Assembly (NCBI GenBank): GCA_964528605.1
Contig: CAZGSV010000009.1
Coordinates: forward strand, 156 to 64,155
Length of the DNA stretch: 64,000 bases
Reading direction: 5' to 3'
From: an uncultured Armatimonadia bacterium
GTDB lineage: Bacteria > Armatimonadota > Zipacnadia > CAZGSV01
In this document: positions 53,444-63,081 of the stretch, one piece after another
How positions within the stretch are numbered: the stretch's first letter is position 1
Layout of the letters: each line of letters begins with the position of its first letter
Notes under the pieces: generated by a model
The model's input: the letters and a program-made list of their open reading frames with translations, nothing else
Databases searched by the model: none
What the model was told of the DNA's origin: nothing
Position numbers and translations under genes: made by a program

Positions 53444-56221
53444 ATGCTGACAAAGAAACCACCGAGAGCCACTTTTCCCACGCCTCTTGCCGAGGAACTA
53501 GCGGCCATCGTCGGTCCCCAGGGCGTCATTCACGCCCCCGAAGACCTGCTCACCTACGATTGCGACGGCTACACCATAACCAAGGGCACGCCCTCGCTCG
53601 TGGTGCTGCCGCGCACCAGGGAGCAGGTCGCCAGCGTAGTCCGCTTGCTGGCGGGCCGCAAACAGCCGTTCGTCGCCCGCGGAGCGGGCACCGGCCTCAG
53701 CGGCGGCTCCGTGCCCCTGGGCGACGCCGTCATCGTCTGCCTCACGCGCATGAACCGCATCCTGGAGATTGACCCTCTCAACCGGCGCGCCGTTGTCGAG
53801 CCGGGCGTGCCCAACCTCCGCCTCTCGGACGAGACCGCGCCCTACGGCTTCAACTACGCCCCCGACCCCTCCAGTCAGGCCGTCTGCACCATCGGCGGCA
53901 ACGTCGCCGAGAACACCAGCGGACCCCATACGCTCAAGTACGGCGTTTCCTCCAACCACATTCTAGGCCTCGAGATGGTGCTGCCCAGCGGCCAGGTCAT
54001 TACGCTCGGCGGCAAGCACGAGGACCCCGCCGGCTATGACCTCCGCGGGGTGGTCATCGGCTCCGAGGGCACCTTCGGCATCGTGACCGAGGCCATCGTG
54101 CGCCTCACCCCCCTGCCCGACTCCGCGCGCACTATGCTCGCCGCCTTTGATACGCTCGACCAGTCCTCCGAGACCGTCACCGCCATCATCGCCGCCGGCA
54201 TCATCCCCGCCGCCCTCGAGATGATAGACAAGACGTTCATCCGCCCGGTCGAGGAGGCCTTCCACTTCGGTTTCCCGCTGGACGCCGAGGCCGTGCTCAT
54301 CATCGAGTTGGATGACCCGGAGGCCGGGCTGGACGCGCTCGCGACCCGAGTGGCCGAAATCTGCCAACAGCACGGCGTCCGCGATGTGCGTCTCGCGCGC
54401 AATCAGGAGGAGCGCGACCTCCTCTGGAAGAGCCGCAAGATGGCAGTCCCCGCCGCGGGCCGCTACTACCCCACCAGCGTTACACAGGACGGCGTGGTGC
54501 CCCGCAGCAGACTGCCTGAGGTCCTGCGCGAAATCCGCCGCATCGGCGAGCAGTACGGCATCGCCATCGGCAACGTCTTCCACGCCGGCGACGGCAACCT
54601 GCACCCCGTGGTGCTCTTCGACGACCGCGACCCCGACCAGCTGGCGCGCATGCGCCAGGCCTCCGAGGCCATCCTGCGCCATTGCGTCCTCCTCGGCGGT
54701 AGCATTACCGGCGAGCACGGCGTCGGCGTCGAGAAGATGCGCCACATGCGGCTCCAGTTCTCCGAGGCCGAACTGGACCTGATGCGCCGCATCCGCTCCG
54801 TCTTCGACCCCGAAGGACTCGCCAATCCGGGCAAGGTGGTGCCCGAGCCTCAACCGCCCGGCGACAAGCCTCAGGAGGCTTCCGCGCCTACCCCGGCGGG
54901 CAACGCCGAGGACCGACTGCGGCAGGAGTTGGGAGAGGACGCCGTCGCCCAGGGCGACCCGTCCCTCGCGCTTGATGGCGTTGCGCCACGGTGGCGCGTG
55001 TCCCCGAAGACCGAAGAGCAAGTCTGCGCCGTGCTCAGGGCCGCCGCCGAACATGGGCTCGGCGTGGTTCCCATCGCCGGCGGCACCGATCTCCACGTCG
55101 GCTACGCTCCGCGCCGCTACGACATCGCGCTCTGCCTTGACCGAATGCCCGCCACCGTTGACGTCCAGGCCGCGGACATGAGCGTGCGCGTTGGCGCCGG
55201 CGTCACGCTGCACCAACTTCAGCAGGCTCTGGCGGCCCACGGCCAGTTCCTCCCCCTGCTCGTTCCCCATGCGGAAAGAGCAACCGTCGGCGGGATAGTC
55301 GCCTCCGGTCGAAGTGGCCCGCTGCGCTTCGGCTATCGCGGCGTGCGTGACCTGCTGCTAGGCATCAAAGTGGCGCTGCCCAACGGCGAAATGGCGCGCA
55401 ACGGCGGCGCGATTGTGAAGAACGTTGCCGGCTACGACTTCGGCAAACTGTACCTCGGCAGCCGCGGCAGCCTGGGAGTCGTCCTCGAGGCCACCTTCCG
55501 CACCTACCCGCTCCCCGAGCACTCCTCCACGCTCGTGGCCGCGTTCCCCCAGGAGGCGCAGGCCCAGCGAGCCTTCGAGGCGCTCATGACCTCCCGCCTG
55601 CCGCTGTCCATGCTCGACTTGCTGGACCCGCACGCGCTGGCGGCGACGCCCGCACTGCCGTCCATCTCCAATGCTTGGGCGCTGGTAATCGGAGCCGAAG
55701 GCGCGCAGGTCGTCGCCGCATGGGTGGTCATGCGCGCCCGGGAAATCTGCGTCCGGAGCGGCGCCGCCACGGTCGCCCGTTTGGTGGGGCAGACCAGCGC
55801 TCGGGCAAGAACATTGACCGCGGAGGTCTCCGATCACCCGGACGCCTTGCTCTCCACGCGCGCCTCGACGTCCGCCGCGGCCACCTTCGCCGTGATCGCC
55901 AAGGCGCGCGAGTTGGCGCGCGACCTGGGCCTCCGCTGCCTGGCCTGCGCGCACGCCGGCAACGGAATCGCCCACGTTCATTTCCTCCCGGGTGCCGCGC
56001 CACCTGCGCAGGACGCCTTGCTGGCCCTGTGCGAGGACTTCAGCAAGGGGGTGTCCTCACTCCAGGGCAGCGTGACCTGGGAGCGCGTTCCCAGCGGTCT
56101 GAAAGCGCGCCTCGACCTCTGGGCCCCGCTCGGCAACGACTTCGCGCTCATGCGGCGGCTCAAAGAAACGCTCGACCCGCGCGGCATCATGTCGCCGGGA
56201 AGGTACCTCGGGAGGCTCTAG
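53444..56221 (+). CDS. glcDE: Glycolate oxidase GlcD-GlcE fusion (FAD-linked oxidase subunits D and E in one polypeptide)
   Basis: The first half is collinear with E. coli GlcD (RGAGTGLSGG, PDPSSQ..C.IGGNVAEN.GG.H.LKYG, HAGDGN.HP, GEHG.G). The second half has a second FAD-binding PCMH domain (VPIAGGTDL...GGAIVKNVAGYDFGKLYLGS) typical of GlcE. Confidence 0.8.
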   Translation: MLTKKPPRATFPTPLAEELAAIVGPQGVIHAPEDLLTYDCDGYTITKGTPSLVVLPRTREQVASVVRLLAGRKQPFVARGAGTGLSGGSVPLGDAVIVCLTRMNRILEIDPLNRRAVVEPGVPNLRLSDETAPYGFNYAPDPSSQAVCTIGGNVAENTSGPHTLKYGVSSNHILGLEMVLPSGQVITLGGKHEDPAGYDLRGVVIGSEGTFGIVTEAIVRLTPLPDSARTMLAAFDTLDQSSETVTAIIAAGIIPAALEMIDKTFIRPVEEAFHFGFPLDAEAVLIIELDDPEAGLDALATRVAEICQQHGVRDVRLARNQEERDLLWKSRKMAVPAAGRYYPTSVTQDGVVPRSRLPEVLREIRRIGEQYGIAIGNVFHAGDGNLHPVVLFDDRDPDQLARMRQASEAILRHCVLLGGSITGEHGVGVEKMRHMRLQFSEAELDLMRRIRSVFDPEGLANPGKVVPEPQPPGDKPQEASAPTPAGNAEDRLRQELGEDAVAQGDPSLALDGVAPRWRVSPKTEEQVCAVLRAAAEHGLGVVPIAGGTDLHVGYAPRRYDIALCLDRMPATVDVQAADMSVRVGAGVTLHQLQQALAAHGQFLPLLVPHAERATVGGIVASGRSGPLRFGYRGVRDLLLGIKVALPNGEMARNGGAIVKNVAGYDFGKLYLGSRGSLGVVLEATFRTYPLPEHSSTLVAAFPQEAQAQRAFEALMTSRLPLSMLDLLDPHALAATPALPSISNAWALVIGAEGAQVVAAWVVMRAREICVRSGAATVARLVGQTSARARTLTAEVSDHPDALLSTRASTSAAATFAVIAKARELARDLGLRCLACAHAGNGIAHVHFLPGAAPPAQDALLALCEDFSKGVSSLQGSVTWERVPSGLKARLDLWAPLGNDFALMRRLKETLDPRGIMSPGRYLGRL

Positions 56222-57544
56222 GTGGCGGCGTCTTTGGAGACGGAACGCGAGCGCACTGTGCAGCAGGCCATCGAGGAACTCTACCTCGATTGCGTCCACT
56301 GCGGCATGTGCCAAAGCGCGTGTCCGACCTATGACCTGCTCGGCACCGAGATGGACTCGCCCCGCGGGCGCATCTATCTCATTCGCGCCCTCGCCGAGGG
56401 CCGCTTACCCCTCTCCCCGGCGATCCTCCAGCACCTCAACCTGTGCCTAGGATGCCGCGGTTGCGAGACCGACTGCCCCTCCTCGGTCTACTCGGCGCGT
56501 CTGCTCGAGGAAGCGCGCGCGGAGTTGCTCCACGTGCGTCGCAGCGACGCCGCCAACCTCTTCCTCCGCGGCGTGGTGCGCTGGATAATGCCCAACAGCC
56601 TGCTCTTCGCGCTCGCGGTGGCGCCGGCTCGCGTGCTGCGCAAACTGCTCCCCGCCTGGGTGGGGGCGCGGGGCAAACCCTTGGACGGGAGCGTGCGCGG
56701 CTTCCGGCGCTTGCTCGCGATGCTGCCCGATGATTCGCCCGCCTCGCCAGAGCCCGCCACCATAACCCCCGCTGTCGGCGAGCGGCGCTCCCGCGTCGGC
56801 ATCCTCACCGGATGCGTGCAGCCGGTGCTCTTCCCCGGGGTCAACCTCTCCACCGCGCGCCTGCTTGCCCATCTGGGCCACGAAGTCCACGCCCCGCGCG
56901 CCCAGGTGTGCTGCGGAGCCATCTCCTCCCACGACGGCGACCTCGAAGGCGCCAGGCGGCTGGCAAGAAAGAACCTCCAGGTCTTCGAGGCGCTCGGCTT
57001 GGACACCATCGTCGTCAACGCGCCCGGCTGCGCCGCCATGATGAAGGACTACGGCTGGCTGCTGCGCAACGACCCCCAGTACGCGCAGCGCGCGGCGCGC
57101 TTCGCGGCTAAAGTGCGCGACCTAAGCGAGTTCGTCGCCGCCGGCCCGCTGCCCGAGCCCGTGGACAAGTTCCCCCACCTCGTCACCTACCATGAGCCCT
57201 GCCAACTCGCGCACGGTCAAAAGATACGCAAGCAGCCGCGCCAACTCCTCAACGCCGTTCCCGGCCTGCGCCTCCTGGAAATGCGGCAATCCGACCGCTG
57301 CTGCGGCGGCGCCGGCTCCTACACCTTGCTCCAGCCGGAGACCTCGGACCTGCTGCTGCGGGCCAAGTTGCAGAACGCCGCAGAGACCCGCGCCGAAATG
57401 ATCGTCACCTCCAATCCTCCCTGCCTGCTTCAGATCGGTATGGGCCTGCGCCGCACCCAGAGCGGCCAGAGGCTCGTCCACCTCGTCGAAGTGCTGGAAA
57501 AGGCCTTCGTAGGCCCCATATCACCGCCGGCCAAAGCCAAGTAG
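56222..57544 (+). CDS. glcF: Glycolate oxidase iron-sulfur subunit GlcF
   Basis: Two Cys clusters, CVHCGMCQSACPTY and CLGCRGCETDCPS, plus a C-terminal CCG-type domain (CCGGAGSY). GTG start abuts the glcDE stop. Confidence 0.8.
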   Translation: MAASLETERERTVQQAIEELYLDCVHCGMCQSACPTYDLLGTEMDSPRGRIYLIRALAEGRLPLSPAILQHLNLCLGCRGCETDCPSSVYSARLLEEARAELLHVRRSDAANLFLRGVVRWIMPNSLLFALAVAPARVLRKLLPAWVGARGKPLDGSVRGFRRLLAMLPDDSPASPEPATITPAVGERRSRVGILTGCVQPVLFPGVNLSTARLLAHLGHEVHAPRAQVCCGAISSHDGDLEGARRLARKNLQVFEALGLDTIVVNAPGCAAMMKDYGWLLRNDPQYAQRAARFAAKVRDLSEFVAAGPLPEPVDKFPHLVTYHEPCQLAHGQKIRKQPRQLLNAVPGLRLLEMRQSDRCCGGAGSYTLLQPETSDLLLRAKLQNAAETRAEMIVTSNPPCLLQIGMGLRRTQSGQRLVHLVEVLEKAFVGPISPPAKAK

Positions 57545-57717
57545 CACCCCCTCTGGCCCCGTACTCAACCCAAAACCCCTTCGCGGCGTTGTATATGGAA
57601 AGGTACCTACGGGCCGGGCTACCGCGTCCGGAGGCGGAGACTCCGGGTTGGCAAGGGTGATAAGGGAACTCCAAGAAATGGCTGGTTGGGGCAGGTGCCG
57701 AGGATCAGGGACGGGAA

Positions 57718-60090
57718 ATGGCGTCGGACGAGTATGGTAACAGCGGGGCCATGAGCGAACAGCCTAAGGAACTCGCGCTCACCGCCGAGTTGCGCGACGC
57801 GGCCACCAGCGCCGTTGACGCCTTGGCTCGAGCGGCGCAGCAGGCCCTGCTCTACCCCGCTGGCCATCCCGTGTCGGAGGCTGCCTTCGAGCGCGCCGAG
57901 ACGGCGCTCGAGCACCTGCTCTCCATGCGCGACCCGGTAATGGTCACCGCCAGCCCTGACGGCCTGCAACTCGACGAACTCGGCATGGTTGATACCCCCG
58001 CCGCCGCCGGCCTGGCGCGGGAGATGCGCAAGCGCGGGATAGCGCTCGGCCGGTTGCGGTCGGGCGTAACCGCAGCGGAATTGCGCGCCTTCATCGGCCT
58101 GCTCGGCGCCGAAATGAGCCAGTTGGAGGCGGCCGGCGGTCCCTCCCGCATGCTCGCCGACCGCCAGGTGCAGCACATCGAGGTCGGCGAACTCGATTTC
58201 TCCCGCTGGGTGCGGGCCTCCGCCGCTCCAGCCAGCGCTGCCGCCTCCGAGACCATGACTACTGCCAGGCTGGATCAGGCGCTCCGCGCCTTCCTCTTCG
58301 GCGGCGCCGAAGTGCTCTCCGACGAGGCTTACGAGAGGCTCCTGGAAGTACTTGAGCGCCCGGAGGATGCAGCCGCGTTCCTGGCGGAGGCGCCGCGCGC
58401 GGGCGGTACCACGCACACGGAGTTGGGGAGGAGAGGAAGGCCGGGCGTCAGCCGCGGAACCGACGAAGCGGACGAGGCCATGCTCTCGCGGGCCGACGTG
58501 CTGCCGGAAACGGAAGACCGGCCGGCGGCAGCCGTCGCCGGCGCTCTCCAACAGGCCTACCGCGCCATGCGCACTCATTCGCTGGACAATCCGCCCGAGG
58601 CCCTCGGCAGGCTCGCGGGCGTGGTTAGGGTCTTGCCGGCCCACACGCGCTCGCGCGTGTACCGGGCGCCCTTGGTGCTGGAGGAAAATGAGCAGGACGT
58701 GCTCACGGAGATCGGGAAACTGCTCAGCGGGGGCGAGTGCGCCGAGATCATCGTGCCCGGCGCTCAGGCGCTGCTGGCCGAGACCTCCGCGCAACTCGAG
58801 CGCCTGCTCAACCGGCTGGCCGCCGGTGGCAGGGACGCCGACCAACTCCTCGGCCTAGTTCAAGAACGGCTCCGCGCCTTCGGCATTCCCAGCGAACTGT
58901 ACAACAACACCATCAACCTGCTGCTCCGCCGCACCGAGCAACCCTCCCTCATGCAGGCGATAGAGGAAGGCGCCGTCCCCATCCCCGAGTCCCCCCTCAC
59001 CCCCGCCCTGCTGCCAGGCCCCCCCGACCAGCAGCGCGAGACCATCGAGAAAGCGCTCAGTTCCGAGGAGACCGCGGAGGCCAGAGCGCTGACGCTGGCC
59101 GAAGTCCTGCTCCACGAAGAGGATGCCACCGCCTACAACCGGCTCGCGTTGCTGGCCGAGCGTCTGGTGCCGGAACTGGCCGACGAGCGCATGTTCCGTG
59201 CCGCCGCTCGCATCGTCAGCGTTCTTGACGGTCAGACCGAGGAGGTCAGCGAGTCGCTCGCCTGGCAGCCTCTGCGGGCGGAGCAGGCTCTGGAAGCGAT
59301 CCGCACCGAGAGCCTCGTCAAGAGAACGCAAGAAGCCTTCGACCGCGCCGGGGAGCGGGCCTCGGGCGAACTGGCCGAGTGGCTGGCCATGATGGGCCCC
59401 GGAGGAGCGGCCTTCCTGGCCAAGGCGGTGCTCGACCCTCGCTTCGCCCATCTGCGCGACGCCCTGCTCGCTAGCCTGGTCAAGTGGGGCGACCAGGCCA
59501 ACCCGGGTATCGAGCAACTTCTCGCCGAATTCGGCCCTCGCCAAGGAGGGCAGTTGGTGCGCTTGTTGGGTGAAGCCGGTGACAAGCGCGCCTCCCGTCA
59601 CGTGCGCCTCTGGCTAAGAGGTGACAACGTAGAGCGGGCGCTTCAGGGCCTCGCCGTGCTCGCCTCGGCTGCCGACCGCGAGGCCGTGCGCGTGCTGGTG
59701 GAAACCGCGCAGCGCGGTGACCGGGAATTGCGCATGGAAGCGGTTGACCTTCTGGGCGAGGCACGAGAGGAGAGCGCCGTGCCGGTGCTGGCGGACCTGG
59801 CGCTGGGACACAGTTGCCCTGCCAGTGACATTCCTCTCCGCACCCGGGCGATCCGCGCACTCGGCCTGCTGCCCACGCCTGGCGCCGAACGGACGCTGGA
59901 GCAAATACTGGAAAAGCGGCCGGCTCTATGGGCCGGGCGTCTGGAGGCTCTTCGCATCGAGGCAGCCCGCGCACTCGGCAAGGCCGCCACCGCGGCGGCC
60001 AAGCGCGCGTTGGACCGTTGGCGCCGGCAGGCGCGCGGCCCCCTGCGTGAGGCCTGCGAGCAAGCACTCAAGGAGGCGCTGGGGCAGTGA
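57718..60090 (+). CDS. Protein with an N-terminal domain paralogous to that of the downstream HD-GYP protein, plus C-terminal HEAT repeats
   Basis: The N-terminal roughly 170 aa align with gene 60087's N-terminus (LLYPAGHPVSEAAFERAETALEHLL vs RLYGVEHPSVVGALREAEAALVELL; ...GVTAAELRAFIGLLGAE vs GVTLAELTALVELLDAD). The C-terminus has HEAT-like repeats (VRVLVETAQRGDRELRMEAVDLLG...). Confidence 0.55.
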   Translation: MASDEYGNSGAMSEQPKELALTAELRDAATSAVDALARAAQQALLYPAGHPVSEAAFERAETALEHLLSMRDPVMVTASPDGLQLDELGMVDTPAAAGLAREMRKRGIALGRLRSGVTAAELRAFIGLLGAEMSQLEAAGGPSRMLADRQVQHIEVGELDFSRWVRASAAPASAAASETMTTARLDQALRAFLFGGAEVLSDEAYERLLEVLERPEDAAAFLAEAPRAGGTTHTELGRRGRPGVSRGTDEADEAMLSRADVLPETEDRPAAAVAGALQQAYRAMRTHSLDNPPEALGRLAGVVRVLPAHTRSRVYRAPLVLEENEQDVLTEIGKLLSGGECAEIIVPGAQALLAETSAQLERLLNRLAAGGRDADQLLGLVQERLRAFGIPSELYNNTINLLLRRTEQPSLMQAIEEGAVPIPESPLTPALLPGPPDQQRETIEKALSSEETAEARALTLAEVLLHEEDATAYNRLALLAERLVPELADERMFRAAARIVSVLDGQTEEVSESLAWQPLRAEQALEAIRTESLVKRTQEAFDRAGERASGELAEWLAMMGPGGAAFLAKAVLDPRFAHLRDALLASLVKWGDQANPGIEQLLAEFGPRQGGQLVRLLGEAGDKRASRHVRLWLRGDNVERALQGLAVLASAADREAVRVLVETAQRGDRELRMEAVDLLGEAREESAVPVLADLALGHSCPASDIPLRTRAIRALGLLPTPGAERTLEQILEKRPALWAGRLEALRIEAARALGKAATAAAKRALDRWRRQARGPLREACEQALKEALGQ

Positions 60091-61562
60091 CCGCAGACGA
60101 GCCGACCGAGCGGAAAACCCCCACCCCCCCCGCCCGCCAACCCGAGGAGGGCTCGCGGGCAGAAGCCGCAGCCGGCGAGAACGTCGTCAACTGCATCGCC
60201 GTGGCCCTCAAGAACAAGCGCCTATACGGCGTCGAGCACCCCAGCGTGGTAGGCGCGCTCCGCGAGGCAGAGGCGGCCCTGGTGGAACTGCTGCGCCTGG
60301 TGCCCGAAGTGTCCTTCAAGTTCGTCGCCGGCGAGATCGTGCTCGAAAGCCGTCCCCTCTTCCGCGCCGAAGAGCGCCGCCGCCCCCTCTGGCAGGATTG
60401 CAGCAAGCGCCGCATCCAAGTGCTCACCTTCGACGTGGGCGTTACCCTGGCCGAACTCACCGCCCTGGTGGAACTCCTCGACGCCGATCCTGACGCGGTG
60501 CAGGCCCGCGGCGGGCCCAACGCCTTCCTCAAGGAGCGCGAGGTAGAACGCATCACCGCCGAAAGCGCCGCCTACCTCGACATCGGCCCCGCGGGCGAGT
60601 ACCTCGCCGGCACCGTGCTCGGCACCCACTTCGCCGGCGTCAACACCGTCAAGCAGGCCATGCAGTGCGCCCTCGATGGGCTCCCCATTGACGCCTCCGC
60701 CGCCCGCGCCGTCGCCTCCCAGATCCTCACCAACCTCCAGGAGGACCCCGCCCTCCTGCTCAGCCTCACCGCCATCAAGGCCTACGACGAGTACACCTTC
60801 AGCCACTGCGTCAATCTCTCGCTCTTGGCCGTCTGTCTGGGCGCCTACATCGGCCTGCGCCAGCAGGACCTCTCCGAACTGGCCACCGCCGGAATGCTCC
60901 ACGACGTGGGCAAGGTCTTTGTCCCCCTCGCCATTCTCCGCAAGCCCGGGAAGATGACCGAAGAGGAATGGGGCATCATGGTCGAGCACCCCCGCCGCGG
61001 TGCGCGCGTGCTCTTCGAGACCGAGGACGCCCCCCGCCTCGCGCCCGTGATCGCCTTTGAGCACCACCTGCGCTGGAACCTCAGCGGCTATCCCAAACTG
61101 CGCTACGCCCGCACGCTCCACCCTTATTCCATGATGATCACCCTGGGCGACTTCTACGACGCCTTGACCAGCGCCCGCCCCTACCGCAAGCCCTTCCCCC
61201 CCTTCGAGGCCTTGGCGCTCATGACCGAGGCCTCCGGCACCGAGTTCGAGCCCGGCCTCTTGGCGGCCTTTCAGGCCATGATGGGGCCCTTCCCCATCGG
61301 CACCGTCGTGCGCTTGTCCGACCGCACGCTCGGCATCGTCATCCGCCCAGGTCCCAGGCCGGATGTGCCGCCCACTGTCGCCCTCGTCGCCGACGCCGAC
61401 GGCCACCGCTTGGAGACCCCCGAAGAGAAAGACCTGGCCGCCCCTGGCGCACCCCAGATTGACGCTACCTTGGACCCCACGCGCCTGGGCGTGGACCCCC
61501 AGATGATCATGGTGGAGTTGTTGGCCGCCCGCGATCGGGCGCGCCAACCGGTCCAGTCCTAA
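60087..61562 (+). CDS. HD-GYP domain phosphohydrolase (predicted c-di-GMP phosphodiesterase) with an N-terminal sensory domain
   Basis: HD motif LLHDVGK; HHLRWNLSGYP is the HD-GYP signature. The GTG start overlaps the upstream stop as GTGA. Confidence 0.75.
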   Translation: MTADEPTERKTPTPPARQPEEGSRAEAAAGENVVNCIAVALKNKRLYGVEHPSVVGALREAEAALVELLRLVPEVSFKFVAGEIVLESRPLFRAEERRRPLWQDCSKRRIQVLTFDVGVTLAELTALVELLDADPDAVQARGGPNAFLKEREVERITAESAAYLDIGPAGEYLAGTVLGTHFAGVNTVKQAMQCALDGLPIDASAARAVASQILTNLQEDPALLLSLTAIKAYDEYTFSHCVNLSLLAVCLGAYIGLRQQDLSELATAGMLHDVGKVFVPLAILRKPGKMTEEEWGIMVEHPRRGARVLFETEDAPRLAPVIAFEHHLRWNLSGYPKLRYARTLHPYSMMITLGDFYDALTSARPYRKPFPPFEALALMTEASGTEFEPGLLAAFQAMMGPFPIGTVVRLSDRTLGIVIRPGPRPDVPPTVALVADADGHRLETPEEKDLAAPGAPQIDATLDPTRLGVDPQMIMVELLAARDRARQPVQS

Positions 61563-61652
61563 CAGCCGACCCCATTCCCCAGCACGCCCCCACCGGCCGG
61601 CGTCCTTGCCAGCCGCCCCACGGCCCGCTAACTTCTGTGCGGAGGCGAACCA

Positions 61653-62996
61653 ATGCGAATCCTCGTGGTTGGGGGCAACGCGGCCGGCCTGAGCGCAGCC
61701 AGCAAGGCTCGCCGGACCGCCGCTGACGTGGAAATCCTGGTGCTGGAGCGCGGCCGCGACATCTCCTACGCCCAATGCGGGCTACCCTACTTGCTCAGCG
61801 GCATGGTCGCCGACGAAGCCGCGCTGGTCCACTTCACGCCTGCCGGCATCATGCGCGAGCGGGGAATAGAGGTGCGCACCGGTCATTACGTCACCGCGCT
61901 CCGCCTCTCCGAACACCAGGTGCTGGGCGAGAGAACGGACGGGACTCCGTTCGCCGAGCCTTACGACCGCCTCATTCTCGCCACCGGCGCCCGGCCGCGC
62001 GTGCCGCCCGCGCTCTCCCGACCGGCAAGCAACGTCTTCACCTTGCACACTTACCAAGACCTCAGGCGGCTGCGCGTATTCCTGGCCGCGCAGAAGCCGC
62101 CACGAGTCACCATCGTCGGCGCTTCCTACCTCGGCCTGGAGATGGCCGAGGCTTTTCGCACCCTCGGGCTCGCGGTCACGGTCCTGGAGGCGTCGCCCCA
62201 GCCGCTGCCCGGTTTCGACTCCCCCCTGGCCTCGCTGGCAGCCGCCGAACTAGCCCGCAACAACGTTCACTTGATGCTCGAGAGGCCGGCAAGCGCCCTC
62301 GACATTGATGGCAGCGGCATCTGCCGCGCCGTCGTCGGCGACTGGGGCAGCCAGGATTGCGACGCGGTGCTGCTCGCCCTAGGCGTGCGGCCCAACGTGG
62401 AACTGGCCGAGCAGGCGCACCTGCGCCTAGGGCCGACGGGCGCTATCCCCACCGACCGCCGCCTGGCCACCGAGCGCCCCGGCGTCTTCGCCTGCGGCGA
62501 CTGCGCCGAAACCGTGCACCTGGTCACCGGCAAGCCGACTTGGGTGCCGCTGGGCTCTACAGCGAACAAGCAGGGCCGCGTCGCCGGCGCCAACGCGGTG
62601 GGCGGCGACGAGTCGTTCTCCGGCGTCGTCGGCACCGCCGGCCTGCGCCTCTTCAATCTGGAGATGGCGCGCACCGGCCTTTCTCTCAGAGAAGCCCAAG
62701 CGTCCGGCTTCGAGGCGGCGGTGGTAACCATAACCGCGCCCTCGCGCGCGGCCTACATGCGCGGGGCCTCGGAGATCACCATCAGCCTAGTGGTCGAGTC
62801 GGCTACGCGCCGGATTCTGGGCGCCCACGCCGCCGGCAAGGAAGGGGTCGCCAAGAGAGTGGACCTGTTCGCGGTGGCGGCCGCCCAGGGGCTGACCGCC
62901 GACGACGTGGCGGGCTGGGACCTCTCCTACGCGCCGCCGTTCGCTCCGGTCTGGGACCCGGTGCTCGTCGCCGCCAACGTCGCCCGCCGCAGGTAG
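61653..62996 (+). CDS. FAD-dependent pyridine nucleotide-disulfide oxidoreductase (CoA-disulfide reductase / NADH oxidase family)
   Basis: ILVVGGNAAGLSAASKARR (FAD GxGxxG), CGLPY redox Cys, VTIVGASYLGLEMAEA (NAD GxGxxG), CGDCA. GGAGG SD. Confidence 0.8.
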   Translation: MRILVVGGNAAGLSAASKARRTAADVEILVLERGRDISYAQCGLPYLLSGMVADEAALVHFTPAGIMRERGIEVRTGHYVTALRLSEHQVLGERTDGTPFAEPYDRLILATGARPRVPPALSRPASNVFTLHTYQDLRRLRVFLAAQKPPRVTIVGASYLGLEMAEAFRTLGLAVTVLEASPQPLPGFDSPLASLAAAELARNNVHLMLERPASALDIDGSGICRAVVGDWGSQDCDAVLLALGVRPNVELAEQAHLRLGPTGAIPTDRRLATERPGVFACGDCAETVHLVTGKPTWVPLGSTANKQGRVAGANAVGGDESFSGVVGTAGLRLFNLEMARTGLSLREAQASGFEAAVVTITAPSRAAYMRGASEITISLVVESATRRILGAHAAGKEGVAKRVDLFAVAAAQGLTADDVAGWDLSYAPPFAPVWDPVLVAANVARRR

Positions 62997-63081
62997 CCCC
63001 GTTCGCTAGCAAACTACCTGTAGCGTCCGGCTTTACGCCGGACGCATTGCCCACCTCGGGCATGAAGCCCGACGCTACCGA

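Noticed and set aside
57619-58845. 408-aa minus-strand ORF antisense to the HEAT-repeat gene
   Set aside because: Low-complexity G/A/R-rich translation. The plus-strand gene has domain homology (paralogous N-domain, HEAT repeats) and operon coupling to the HD-GYP gene.
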